In this document: positions 1 to 8,249 of the stretch, piece by piece
Numbering within the stretch: the first letter of the stretch is position 1
How the letters are laid out: every line of letters starts with the position of its first letter
Assembly (NCBI GenBank): GCA_038520475.1
Contig: JBCBLF010000003.1
Location: forward strand, 1-60,445
Source: Cyanobacteria bacterium J06627_8
Lineage (GTDB): Bacteria; Cyanobacteriota; Cyanobacteriia; CAKZMO01
Length of the DNA stretch: 60,445 nucleotides
Direction: 5' to 3'
Program-made: the position numbers and the translations under genes
The notes under the pieces: generated by a model
What the model saw: only the letters and a program-made list of their open reading frames with translations
Told to the model about the DNA's origin: nothing
Database searches by the model: none

Positions 1-99
1 ATCTGGCGCAATCTTAATATCGAGTTCATCCTCAAAATAAAAATAGCTGACTAGAGCAGTTAATAATGTAAGTCTATATCCTCTATTTTTGAAGCTCAT
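1..99 (-). CDS. Partial CDS: N-terminal 33 codons of a second SET-domain-like gene that runs off the left edge
   Basis: A minus-strand ATG at 99 opens a frame that stays open to position 1 (MSFKNRGYRLTLLTALVSYFYFEDELDIKIAPD...). Positions 1-33 are the exact reverse complement of 300-332, the EDELDIKIAPD-coding part of the SET ORF at 201-803. It is absent from the ORF track because fewer than 60 aa lie inside the window. Confidence 0.45.
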   Translation of the reverse strand, partial: MSFKNRGYRLTLLTALVSYFYFEDELDIKIAPD

Positions 100-200
100 T
101 TTAGGTTGATAGATATCTAAGATCGTAAATATAATGACTTAATTCTTGTCAGCAAAGGGAATACTAAGAAATAGAGATGCAGTTTACCTGAGATAATACT

Positions 201-803
201 ATGATTCATCCTGATACTGAACTTCGATTCATTAGTCCCGAGAAGGGGTATGGGGTTTTTGCAAAAGCTGATATCCCGAAAGGAACTATTGTTTATGTTG
301 AGGATGAACTCGATATTAAGATTGCGCCAGATAGCCCATTACTGAATAAGCCAGAATATCGGAGTTTAATTGAACGTTACTCATATTTTGAACATGGAAC
401 TTATGTCATTAGCTGGGACATTGAAAAGTATGTGAACCACAGTTGTGATAGCAATCGCATGACAACAGGATACGGGTTTGAAATTGCGATCCGTGATATT
501 CAGAAAGGAGAAGAGTTAACGGATGATTACGGCGCTTTGAATATGGACTATGACTTTCAATGTGTGTGTGGGAGTCAGAAATGCCGGCGTCGAATCAATC
601 ATAAAGACTTCGCTTATCACGTCGATTCATGGGATAAAAGGATTCAGCAGGCGTTTGATATGTTCAAGATGGTAGAACAACCATTAATTACATATGTTGA
701 TTCTGCGACATACAATGCCCTGATGAAATATCTCAACACGGGACGAGATTATCGATCAATTCGTTGTATTCAGCATCCTGTCGACTCTGTGATCATCGCG
801 TAA
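201..803 (+). CDS. SET-domain protein (putative protein-lysine N-methyltransferase)
   Basis: 200-aa ORF with SET hallmarks: GYGVFA near the N-terminus, NHSCDSN, ELTDDYG, and a Cys-rich post-SET segment CVCGSQKCRRR. Confidence 0.85.
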   Translation: MIHPDTELRFISPEKGYGVFAKADIPKGTIVYVEDELDIKIAPDSPLLNKPEYRSLIERYSYFEHGTYVISWDIEKYVNHSCDSNRMTTGYGFEIAIRDIQKGEELTDDYGALNMDYDFQCVCGSQKCRRRINHKDFAYHVDSWDKRIQQAFDMFKMVEQPLITYVDSATYNALMKYLNTGRDYRSIRCIQHPVDSVIIA

Positions 804-1003
804 TCTAGCTTTCACGTGAGTGCGTAACCCTGATTTGGCCTTGACTGAGATGGCTCATTCGCACTGGTCTACCGCACATGAGTTGGTGCGTGCGATCGCC
901 TCTTTGCTTGATTGAATGGGCTACCAATAGATGAATGAGTCTGAAAGATTCGAAGTCTTGCGGTATTATCAGCACGTTTGCTGAAACACCACCTGGGACG
1001 CGC

Positions 1004-1900
1004 ATGTTATTAGATTCTCCAATTGGGTTAGGGATCCTGCTCTTGTTTGGGATATTGACGGGTACCCTAGCTGGACTTCTTGGCATTGGAGGAGGGGTAC
1101 TGCTGGTTCCAGCGCTTATCTTTGCTGGTGTTCAAACAACGATTCAGGCCACCGCGACAAGTTTAATCGGCGTATTTCTAAGTGCGATGTCTGGTAGCAT
1201 CCGTAACCTGAGGGCCGGTACGTTAAATTGGCGCGCATCGCTGAGTATCGCTCTATTTGGCGTTTTTTCTGCTCAAAGAGGTGCTTTGCTGGGTGAAAAA
1301 ATGTCAGATACCTGGTTGTCTTTGGGATTTGCCACTCTTTTAATCATCACCATCTATCTCATCGGTCTTAAAAAACGACTTCAACGCAAGAAAAAAACAA
1401 GTTCCGAGATGGACGGCGATCGCCCAACTCAGGCCGTGGTATCAGCTAACGGACAAGTTGTTCCGTCAACACTAGACGTACCACCAATCGCATCGAGCTC
1501 GCCTTCAGCAGGAGATACTAAACGATTTAGCCTGAGAAATTTACTACCAAGTGCGGGTATTGGAGTGCTTGCGGGGCTTTTATCTGGGCTATTTGGCGTG
1601 GGTGGTGGAGTCGTCATGGTGCCTCTACAAATGCTGATTCTAGGAGAAGAGATTAAGGCTGCCGTGCAGACGAGCTTAGGAGCGATTGTTGCGATCGCCG
1701 CGTCAGGGCTGATTGAGCATACCCGAAATGATAATGTTCTCTGGATACCAGGTCTTGCATTAGGGATTGGGGGTATTATCGGTGCACAGTTTGGAACTCG
1801 ACTATTACCCAAGCTGTCTGATCGCGCTATTAGCATCATGTTCCGACTTCTCTTAGTCTCTCTTTCGGTTTACATGATCATTCGAGCGATCCAATCGTAA
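1004..1900 (+). CDS. TSUP/TauE-SafE family anion exporter-type membrane protein
   Basis: Two 4-TM halves each carry the Gly-rich motif (LLGIGGGVLLVP and LFGVGGGVVMVP), joined by a hydrophilic Lys/Ser/Pro loop. The ORF opens at 935, but the ATG at 1004 (MLLDSPIGLG...) lies just before TM1. Confidence 0.8.
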   Translation: MLLDSPIGLGILLLFGILTGTLAGLLGIGGGVLLVPALIFAGVQTTIQATATSLIGVFLSAMSGSIRNLRAGTLNWRASLSIALFGVFSAQRGALLGEKMSDTWLSLGFATLLIITIYLIGLKKRLQRKKKTSSEMDGDRPTQAVVSANGQVVPSTLDVPPIASSSPSAGDTKRFSLRNLLPSAGIGVLAGLLSGLFGVGGGVVMVPLQMLILGEEIKAAVQTSLGAIVAIAASGLIEHTRNDNVLWIPGLALGIGGIIGAQFGTRLLPKLSDRAISIMFRLLLVSLSVYMIIRAIQS

Positions 1901-1919
1901 ACGCTCAAAATTTAGCAGT

Positions 1920-1980
1920 ATGCCATTTGCGAATTAATTAGGTCCAACACCATTGGACTTAATTAATTCGCGAATGGCAT
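1920..1980 (+). terminator. Long hairpin (27-bp arms) 3' of the TSUP gene
   Basis: Arms 1920-1946 and 1954-1980 are complementary. The two non-Watson-Crick positions are G-U pairs only when read on the + strand and become C-A mismatches on the minus strand. Confidence 0.55.
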
Positions 1981-1985
1981 AGATT

Positions 1986-2034
1986 AAAAAAAGAATGGAC
2001 GTGTCGGCAAAGCCGATACGTCCATTCTTTTTTT
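1986..2034. terminator. Bidirectional intrinsic terminator between the convergent TSUP gene and def
   Basis: An A7 run, a GC-containing 16-bp stem (gaatggacgtgtcggc / gccgatacgtccattc) and a T7 run. Confidence 0.8.
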
Positions 2035-2220
2035 CGGTAGACGACCAATATAGATTTGAACCAGTGTGTTCACATGGAAAATTAAGATGGTGTAACGAAA
2101 CCAGAATAGTTTGGATATTAGATGAAATTGCCTAAATCCTAATCGATATCATTGGCAGGTAAACAAAGGCGATTAAAAATGCATCGAGGCTGATGTAAAA
2201 GGGATTGAATGAAACCATAT

Positions 2221-2781
2221 TTAAACCGCAACGGGTTCTTCTGAAGATTCAATCAGTGCAGCGTATCGTTTCAGATATTCGTAGTCTGTGATGACATCTT
2301 TCATCGTTTCAACTCTGTCGAGAAACACTCGACCTTCGAGATGATCAAGCTCATGTTGAAACACGCGTGCAACGAAGCCATCAAACTCTCGGCGCTGCAG
2401 CTTCCCGTCCTTATCCGTGTATCCTACTTCAACGGCAGAATATCGAGGCACGAGGGCGCGAATTCCAGGGACGCTCAAACATCCTTCCCAATCTTTAACC
2501 AGATGATTGCTGTGATCAATCAAATGAGGATTGATCATTGCAGTCGGATCCATGTCAGGAGCATTCGGGTATCGAGGATTAGAATGGGAAGCTACAATCA
2601 ATAGTCGACGCGAAACACCAACTTGGGGGGCCGCAATTCCCACACCGTGGGAGCGATTTAGCGTTTCTAGCAACTGACCGAGTAACGAGCGAACCCATCG
2701 ATCTTGAACATTGTAAATTGGTTGAGCAACCTGACGGAGGACAGGATCACCAAGCTGACAAACCGGATAAGAATCAGCCAT
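2221..2781 (-). CDS. def: Peptide deformylase
   Basis: All three PDF motifs are present: GVGIAAPQVG, EGCLSVPG and HELDHLEG. Confidence 0.95.
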   Translation of the reverse strand: MADSYPVCQLGDPVLRQVAQPIYNVQDRWVRSLLGQLLETLNRSHGVGIAAPQVGVSRRLLIVASHSNPRYPNAPDMDPTAMINPHLIDHSNHLVKDWEGCLSVPGIRALVPRYSAVEVGYTDKDGKLQRREFDGFVARVFQHELDHLEGRVFLDRVETMKDVITDYEYLKRYAALIESSEEPVAV

Positions 2782-3048
2782 AACTCTCCTTTAACTGTAA
2801 AACTGTCCTGAGTGAGTAAGTGAATACCAGCGTTAAGCTATAGTAAAGCTCGGTGCTAGGCGAAAACGTTCACCCCATACAATTTTAAGGATTCTAACCG
2901 GGGAGTAGTGTGACCGGGATCGTTGCGTGTTTTGACGTTTGACGCTTAAGGCCAAAATCGATGAGACTCATTTATCCACGTTTCAAGAGTCTTGGTGATT
3001 TCAGTCATATGTGGTTTTGATGAATCGATGGTGCTGTGACTCGACAAG

Positions 3049-4404
3049 TCACAGATTTAAAGTTATCAGAAGACCATCACGAAGAATGTCGATTGTCTGA
3101 GGATAGCCATCAGTTGATTGAGTCAACTGTGCTCTAAGGGCCTCAAGGGTTTGGAGTGATTGTCCGTCAATCCCGAGAATGATGTCGCCGATTTGGATTC
3201 CTGCTCGGCTTGCAGGCGAGTTATCGATTACATCAATGATCACGATAGTTGGAGAGGTAGATGAGGTCGTTGGCGGGTGGGTGTCATCAGAATCAAGTGG
3301 TGGAACTTGATCCGACCATACATCATCATGGCGTGGTGATATTGAGGAATTAAACGACTGTTGATTTGGCACATCTGCCTCTGGGGTAATGACCGTTGCC
3401 CGAATTCCAAATGCTGACGAGTTCCGAGCAGGGCTATGCAGCATCTCTGGTGAATCGGTGTAAGAAACGGTATGCGTGTCGAGAATGTTCTGGACAAACT
3501 GTTTTGCTTCGTTGACAGGAATTGCGAATCCAATGCCCTGCGCTTCACTTAGCTTTGCCGTCGTGATCCCAATGAGCTCCCCTGAATAGTTTAATAATGG
3601 TCCCCCTGAATTTCCTGGATTGATGGCTGCATCGGTTTGAATGAAGCTACTGGTTTGTCCAGTAAGCCTGACATCATCCCGATGTCTTCCGACAGCACTG
3701 ATGATGCCGACCGTTACAGTGTGCTCTAGTCCAAGGGGATTACCGATGGCGATCGCCCATTGTCCCACGCGAATGTCGTTTGAATCTCCCATTTGAACTG
3801 AAGACATTTCATTGAGGTTCACTTGAATGAGCGCTAGATCAAGGGCCTCATCTTTTCCGAGTACCCGACCCGTTAACTGCTCTCCAGTCCATAGCGTGAC
3901 GACAACTTCTAACGCGTCGCTGACGACATGAGCGTTTGTCAGAATCAACCCATCGTCATCAACGACAACGCCAGAGCCAGAGTGAGTCGTCGATAGGTAA
4001 GGATGGGTTGGAGTGGAGAGGTCGTAAGTTGTCGATGAAGAGGCAGGTCGGACAGATGCGCCTCGCTCCAAGGATTGGGGGTGAATCCCACCAGACGGCT
4101 GTGTACTGGACGGTTGGGCTGTGACGGTCACTACAGATGGATAGACCGCATCAACAGCATCTGCGATCGCCTCTGGTGACTGCTGTGGAATACGATCAGC
4201 AGCTTCAGGTTGCGAGTCTGGATCTGACGTTGCTTCACTAGCAGTCTCTGGATTTTCCGAACTAAAACGCTGGATGGATTGCTGTTGATTTAAGGGAGCT
4301 GGATCTAGATCTCTTGATAGGCGATCGCCTATCGCTGATAAAAGAACCATACTGGCGACAGCGAATAGCACATGCCGCTGGGTGATTAACAAACGACGTG
4401 TCAT
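3049..4404 (-). CDS. HtrA/DegP-family serine protease with a C-terminal PDZ domain
   Basis: Trypsin-like triad context (TNAHVV, DLALIQV, GNSGGPLL) and a PDZ-like GIQIGDIILGIDGQ. An N-terminal TM is followed by a low-complexity linker. I place the start at ATG 4404 (MTRRLLI...), because the 12 upstream codons of the listed ORF lie inside a perfect palindrome. Confidence 0.9.
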   Translation of the reverse strand: MTRRLLITQRHVLFAVASMVLLSAIGDRLSRDLDPAPLNQQQSIQRFSSENPETASEATSDPDSQPEAADRIPQQSPEAIADAVDAVYPSVVTVTAQPSSTQPSGGIHPQSLERGASVRPASSSTTYDLSTPTHPYLSTTHSGSGVVVDDDGLILTNAHVVSDALEVVVTLWTGEQLTGRVLGKDEALDLALIQVNLNEMSSVQMGDSNDIRVGQWAIAIGNPLGLEHTVTVGIISAVGRHRDDVRLTGQTSSFIQTDAAINPGNSGGPLLNYSGELIGITTAKLSEAQGIGFAIPVNEAKQFVQNILDTHTVSYTDSPEMLHSPARNSSAFGIRATVITPEADVPNQQSFNSSISPRHDDVWSDQVPPLDSDDTHPPTTSSTSPTIVIIDVIDNSPASRAGIQIGDIILGIDGQSLQTLEALRAQLTQSTDGYPQTIDILRDGLLITLNL

Positions 4405-4413
4405 AGCAGAACA

Positions 4414-4467
4414 GAAAGGGACGAGAAAATTATAGTTCAAATGAACTATAATTTTCTCGTCCCTTTC
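4414..4467. promoter_or_regulatory. 54-nt perfect palindrome (26-nt arms, 2-nt centre) abutting the htrA-like start codon
   Basis: gaaagggacgagaaaattatagttca-aa-tgaactataattttctcgtccctttc. The left arm ends 10 nt upstream of ATG 4404 on the minus strand. Confidence 0.7.
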
Positions 4468-4726
4468 ATCATTCTTATCGCAGTGTGCAACGACGTTAAA
4501 ACAAGAAGAACAGAAGGCTGTCTAATTGAGATGAGTACATTCCCGTAATCATACGCACCGAAAGCTGAAAACAATTACATTGTTTTCGGTACTCTCTGTG
4601 ACGCTTATTCCGACTCAGAAGATGAGAATGAATATAACTTCTGAAGGATATGTTCGAGAGAGTGGAGCAATTTGGGGGCAATTTCTGCAACACTCTCTTG
4701 TAAAGAATACATCCTTACAGGTAGCC

Positions 4727-4763
4727 GCCTGACCTTCTTGGGGGCTTGTAAGGTCAGGCTTTT
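4727..4763 (+). terminator. Intrinsic-terminator-like hairpin oriented for the + strand, with no + strand ORF upstream
   Basis: A 10-bp stem gcctgacctt/aaggtcaggc with a 13-nt loop, followed by TTTT on the + strand only. It lies 64 nt beyond the stop of the minus-strand TPR gene, so it could also act on that gene. Confidence 0.45.
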
Positions 4764-4826
4764 CCTCATTTCATACTGCTCAATCCATCTTTGTGAATCC
4801 TTAGCGAGTTTAATTAGAGTGAAGGA

Positions 4827-5786
4827 TTAAGGTGAGTCTGTTTCTGGCTCTGATTCGACAGGCACAGTGTCCTCATCAACGTCAGTTGCATTTTCATCGT
4901 CCTCCAGAATCGTCGCATCAGAATCGTCTGTTATGTCTGGGGTCAACGGTGTTGCAGAATCTAATTCTTCCTCGGATTCACCTGCCGCAAGACGCTGAAT
5001 TTCGTCTTTGAACTCAGCAGGCGCTAGGGCTTCAGCAGAGGAAAAGAGCGGTTGAGCTTCGTCATCACGGCCTAGCGTTTGGAGTAGAATTGCCTTGCTT
5101 AAAATAGGCCGGAAATCTTCCTCGCTAGAGCCAATGGCTTCATCGTAGATTGCTAATGCTTCATCGTCCCGACCAAGTTCAACATAAACTTGCCCAAGCA
5201 ATAACTGCACCGAGGCAACGTCAACGCTGCCTGCTTGAATTTGATTTAAGTCATTTGCCGTTTTGAGGGTATCTTCCAATAAGCCGATGGCTGATTCAGG
5301 GCGACCTTCTTGAACCAGTAGCCCAACTAAGCTTTGCATTGCCCTCATGTTTCCTGGGCTCCCGGATAAAACATCCCGGAAGACTTCTGCAGCTCCCTCT
5401 CGATCGCCAATTTCTTGCTTGGCCTGTCCTAATAAGATGGCGTAGTCAGTGCGCTCTGGATAGAGGTTAACAAGACGTTCAAGGGGGTCGATCGCGCCTT
5501 CTACGTCACCCATTTGAACGCGAGTTTGCAATAGCCCGCGGAGGACAACTTCATTATCTGGTTCTCGTTCCAGAACAACTTCATAGCTCCGAGCTTGTGC
5601 CTCTAAATCAGAACCAGCAGCTCCAGTATGAGGAGAGTTTTCTGCGTCGTAGCCATGTTGATTATCTTGAAACGCTCGACTTAACGGCAGTGCGAGCGAA
5701 AAGCCGGCAAATGCGACAACAGCGATAATGAGAACTGCATTTATAAACCAACGCTTATTCTTTTTATCCAGCACATCTGGCTCCAA
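4827..5786 (-). CDS. Membrane-anchored TPR-repeat protein with an acidic C-terminal tail
   Basis: N-terminal TM (WFINAVLIIAVVAFAGFSLALPL), several 34-residue TPR-like repeats (A/G/Y/L spacing), and an Asp/Glu-rich C-terminus. Confidence 0.75.
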   Translation of the reverse strand: MEPDVLDKKNKRWFINAVLIIAVVAFAGFSLALPLSRAFQDNQHGYDAENSPHTGAAGSDLEAQARSYEVVLEREPDNEVVLRGLLQTRVQMGDVEGAIDPLERLVNLYPERTDYAILLGQAKQEIGDREGAAEVFRDVLSGSPGNMRAMQSLVGLLVQEGRPESAIGLLEDTLKTANDLNQIQAGSVDVASVQLLLGQVYVELGRDDEALAIYDEAIGSSEEDFRPILSKAILLQTLGRDDEAQPLFSSAEALAPAEFKDEIQRLAAGESEEELDSATPLTPDITDDSDATILEDDENATDVDEDTVPVESEPETDSP

Positions 5787-6174
5787 ACTCTACGTTCCTT
5801 GATTCATAATCCGCTGTTGTGTCATGGAAAACCATGAGAACAGCTTCGCCGCTTAGCATCGGCTGAGTGATTGCAGACTCAAGTAAGCACCATTATATCG
5901 GGACAATCTACATCATCGTGATGCCCTGCGAACCATGCGGCTCTAATCAGAACCATGGCGATCGCATCGAGGTAAAGGCTCAACTATTTTTTAGAATTGC
6001 TCGAACGGATTCAACAAGAGCATCAGCGTGTCACTTTAGTGCATCACTGCACTGGCGAACCCCTACCTTTCGTCGTTTGGGGCGTTTCACTAGCGTCATG
6101 CCCTAATGCCTTGAGAACAGATCTTCACTATTGAGAATGACGTTCCCGTGTCTTGGATGGTTGATACTCAAAAA

Positions 6175-6234
6175 GCACCTGATGAAGGGCATCTCAAGAA
6201 GCCAACGCTTCTTGAGATGCCCTTCATCAGGTGC
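6175..6234 (-). terminator. Intrinsic terminator of psb30 (about 28-bp perfect stem)
   Basis: gcacctgatgaagggcatctcaagaag / cttcttgagatgcccttcatcaggtgc. The A5 run at 6170-6174 gives a U-tract after the hairpin on the minus strand, 46 nt after the psb30 stop. Confidence 0.8.
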
Positions 6235-6279
6235 AATAACTGACTCCTTGATGTGGTGAAAGCTGGAGCAGCTTGATGA

Positions 6280-6411
6280 CTACAAGTCACCTTTATTGGC
6301 TGCCAACAGAAAAATAACAATGGGACCCGAAATCATGATCGCGGCAACTAGAGTCAACTGAATAATTGCTTCAAAGTTGATATTGCTGATTAAGCCAGTT
6401 AAAGAATCCAT
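6280..6411 (-). CDS. psb30: Photosystem II reaction centre protein Psb30 (Ycf12)
   Basis: Hand translation gives MDSLTGLISNINFEAIIQLTLVAAIMISGPIVIFLLAANKGDL (43 aa). It has a single TM, the characteristic ...QLT...GP.V.FLLA...G(D/N)L C-terminus, and a GGAGGA Shine-Dalgarno upstream. It falls below the 60-aa cutoff of the ORF track. Confidence 0.85.
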   Translation of the reverse strand: MDSLTGLISNINFEAIIQLTLVAAIMISGPIVIFLLAANKGDL

Positions 6412-6762
6412 CGTTCCTCCGAAAACAACCAAATAACGTGAGTTTGTAATGCTTGCGAGATAATTTTACCTGATTGAATACCCCCTGGTAATGTTGTTTT
6501 CTTTTGGGCTTTTCCTCAATGTCAGATACAGAACGTAGCAATCTTTCCAAACCCACACCCACGAAGTACGGACTTGGGGTTGTACGTTGCACTCAAAGTC
6601 CATACTTCTTGGTAAGCCTTACCAAGGTGTTTTAATGACCGCAGGGCACAATATTTTCAGTACTAGTAAGCAATGCCTCCCAAAAGCTCTACCATCAAAA
6701 GAGGGAGTCGGATATTGATTGGACTATCCCATCCGTAAAGCTGTAGATGCAAACGAACAGAC

Positions 6763-7116
6763 ATGGCGACTTGGCAATGCATTAAAGGCTGTGGAGCTTG
6801 CTGCTATCTCGATCCGTTAGAACGTCCAGAATTGAGCGAGTATCTCTCACCTGATGATTTGGAGACCTATTTTTCATTAGTTGGGGATGATGGATGGTGT
6901 CGGCATTTTGACCCCGTGACCCGAGAGTGTGGCATTTATGAGCAACGCCCTCGATTTTGCAGAGTTGAGCCTGATGTCTTTCAAGAACTCTATGGAGTGG
7001 AACCAGAAGACTTGAATGATTTTGCAATTTCCTGCTGCCAAGTCCAAATTGAGGCGACTTATGGCGATCGCAGTCTTGAGCAACTTAAGTTTGCTCGTGC
7101 TGTTGGGTTGGAGTAA
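6763..7116 (+). CDS. YkgJ-family (UPF0153) Cys-cluster protein
   Basis: N-terminal CxxGCGACC motif plus further conserved Cys residues (CRHF, CGIYEQRPRFCR), typical of the Fe-S/zinc CxxCxxCC family. Confidence 0.8.
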   Translation: MATWQCIKGCGACCYLDPLERPELSEYLSPDDLETYFSLVGDDGWCRHFDPVTRECGIYEQRPRFCRVEPDVFQELYGVEPEDLNDFAISCCQVQIEATYGDRSLEQLKFARAVGLE

Positions 7117-7380
7117 CTGCCATAAATCCAACCTGATTTCGGTAGGACAAACAGGAAGATGATTGATGACTACCTCTCAGTTGGGTTAAGTTTTTAGTCT
7201 ATTAGGTCGGTCTCTTCTAGCATGGTTCATGCTGATTGACAGTTCAGTACTGATTGCAGTTGCAGCGGTATTCAGCCCAGAAACGATATGACAGGGGCCA
7301 CAACATCGTTTTTCATTCAGGTGCATAGTGCTGTATGAAAAATATGACCGATATGCAGAATCACACTTTTCTATTAATGA

Positions 7381-7707
7381 ATGCTGGTGAGTCAGGAGTT
7401 GCCTAGCGTGAAGGACACATTGCAAGCACCAGAGTTCAAATTATTTCTTTCCACCTTCATCACCATTTTTATTGCAGAAATTGGCGATAAGACTCAAGTT
7501 ACTACGTTACTGATGAGCGCAGAGTCTCAAGCCCCTTGGATTGTTTTTGGAGGGGCAGGGGCGGCTCTCATCCTCACATCATTAATTGGGGTTCTACTTG
7601 GACGATGGCTAGCCAATCGCATTTCAATAGAAGCCTTAGAGACTACTACAGGTGTGATTTTGATGGTGATTGCAGTGCTGCTATTGTGGGACGTTGTGCA
7701 TCTGTAG
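7381..7707 (+). CDS. UPF0016 (GDT1/TMEM165/Mnx) family half-size membrane protein, first copy
   Basis: Three predicted TMs with the family signature E-x-G-D-K-(T/S) as EIGDKTQ in TM1. Confidence 0.85.
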   Translation: MLVSQELPSVKDTLQAPEFKLFLSTFITIFIAEIGDKTQVTTLLMSAESQAPWIVFGGAGAALILTSLIGVLLGRWLANRISIEALETTTGVILMVIAVLLLWDVVHL

Positions 7708-7862
7708 GTTGTGCATTTTGCAGCTGGGCCATGTGCGACTCGCGGTTGTAATTGCAGCCTGATTCCCCAACCATGGTGTCTCTGGCTGATGACTGTGGCT
7801 ATAATACTGACGCAGCCTACGAATATTGAGTAGTCAGCTCTGGCATTTGGAAACGAACTTGA

Positions 7863-8177
7863 ATGGATTGGAATCTATTGTCGATTAGTTTTGTGACGGT
7901 TTTCATCTCTGAGCTCGGTGATAAGAGTCAACTTGCTGCGATCGCTCTCAGTAGTAATGCAAAATCGACCCGCGTTGTTTTTCTAGGAACCGCGTCTGCG
8001 TTGCTATTAGCTAGCTTTTTAGGCGTGTGGGTTGGAGAGGGTACGGCTCAACTATTACCCGTGAGGTGGGTCAAGTCGATCGCAGCTATTGGTTTTGCAC
8101 TGATGGCAGTCCGGCTACTGTGGGTAGGCGCTGGTACGAATCAACTGAGCGACTATCCTAAGGATCCTGAGTCTTAG
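7863..8177 (+). CDS. UPF0016 (GDT1/TMEM165/Mnx) family half-size membrane protein, second copy
   Basis: Same architecture, with ELGDKSQ in TM1. It lies 155 nt downstream of the first half-gene. Confidence 0.85.
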   Translation: MDWNLLSISFVTVFISELGDKSQLAAIALSSNAKSTRVVFLGTASALLLASFLGVWVGEGTAQLLPVRWVKSIAAIGFALMAVRLLWVGAGTNQLSDYPKDPES

Positions 8178-8249
8178 CCTTAATTTTGTTGCTGCGTTTA
8201 ACGCGCTTGCATATGGCTGTCTAACGCGTCTTCAGATGGCAGCGTCTGG

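Noticed and set aside
4405-4440. N-terminal 12 codons of the listed HtrA ORF (MNYNFLVPFCSA).
   Set aside because: These codons are simply one arm of the 54-nt perfect palindrome. The next ATG gives a normal positively charged, TM-containing N-terminus.
7117-7380. yybP-ykoY (Mn) riboswitch upstream of the UPF0016 genes.
   Set aside because: I saw no match to the conserved four-way-junction core sequences. The association is known in other phyla but not evident here.
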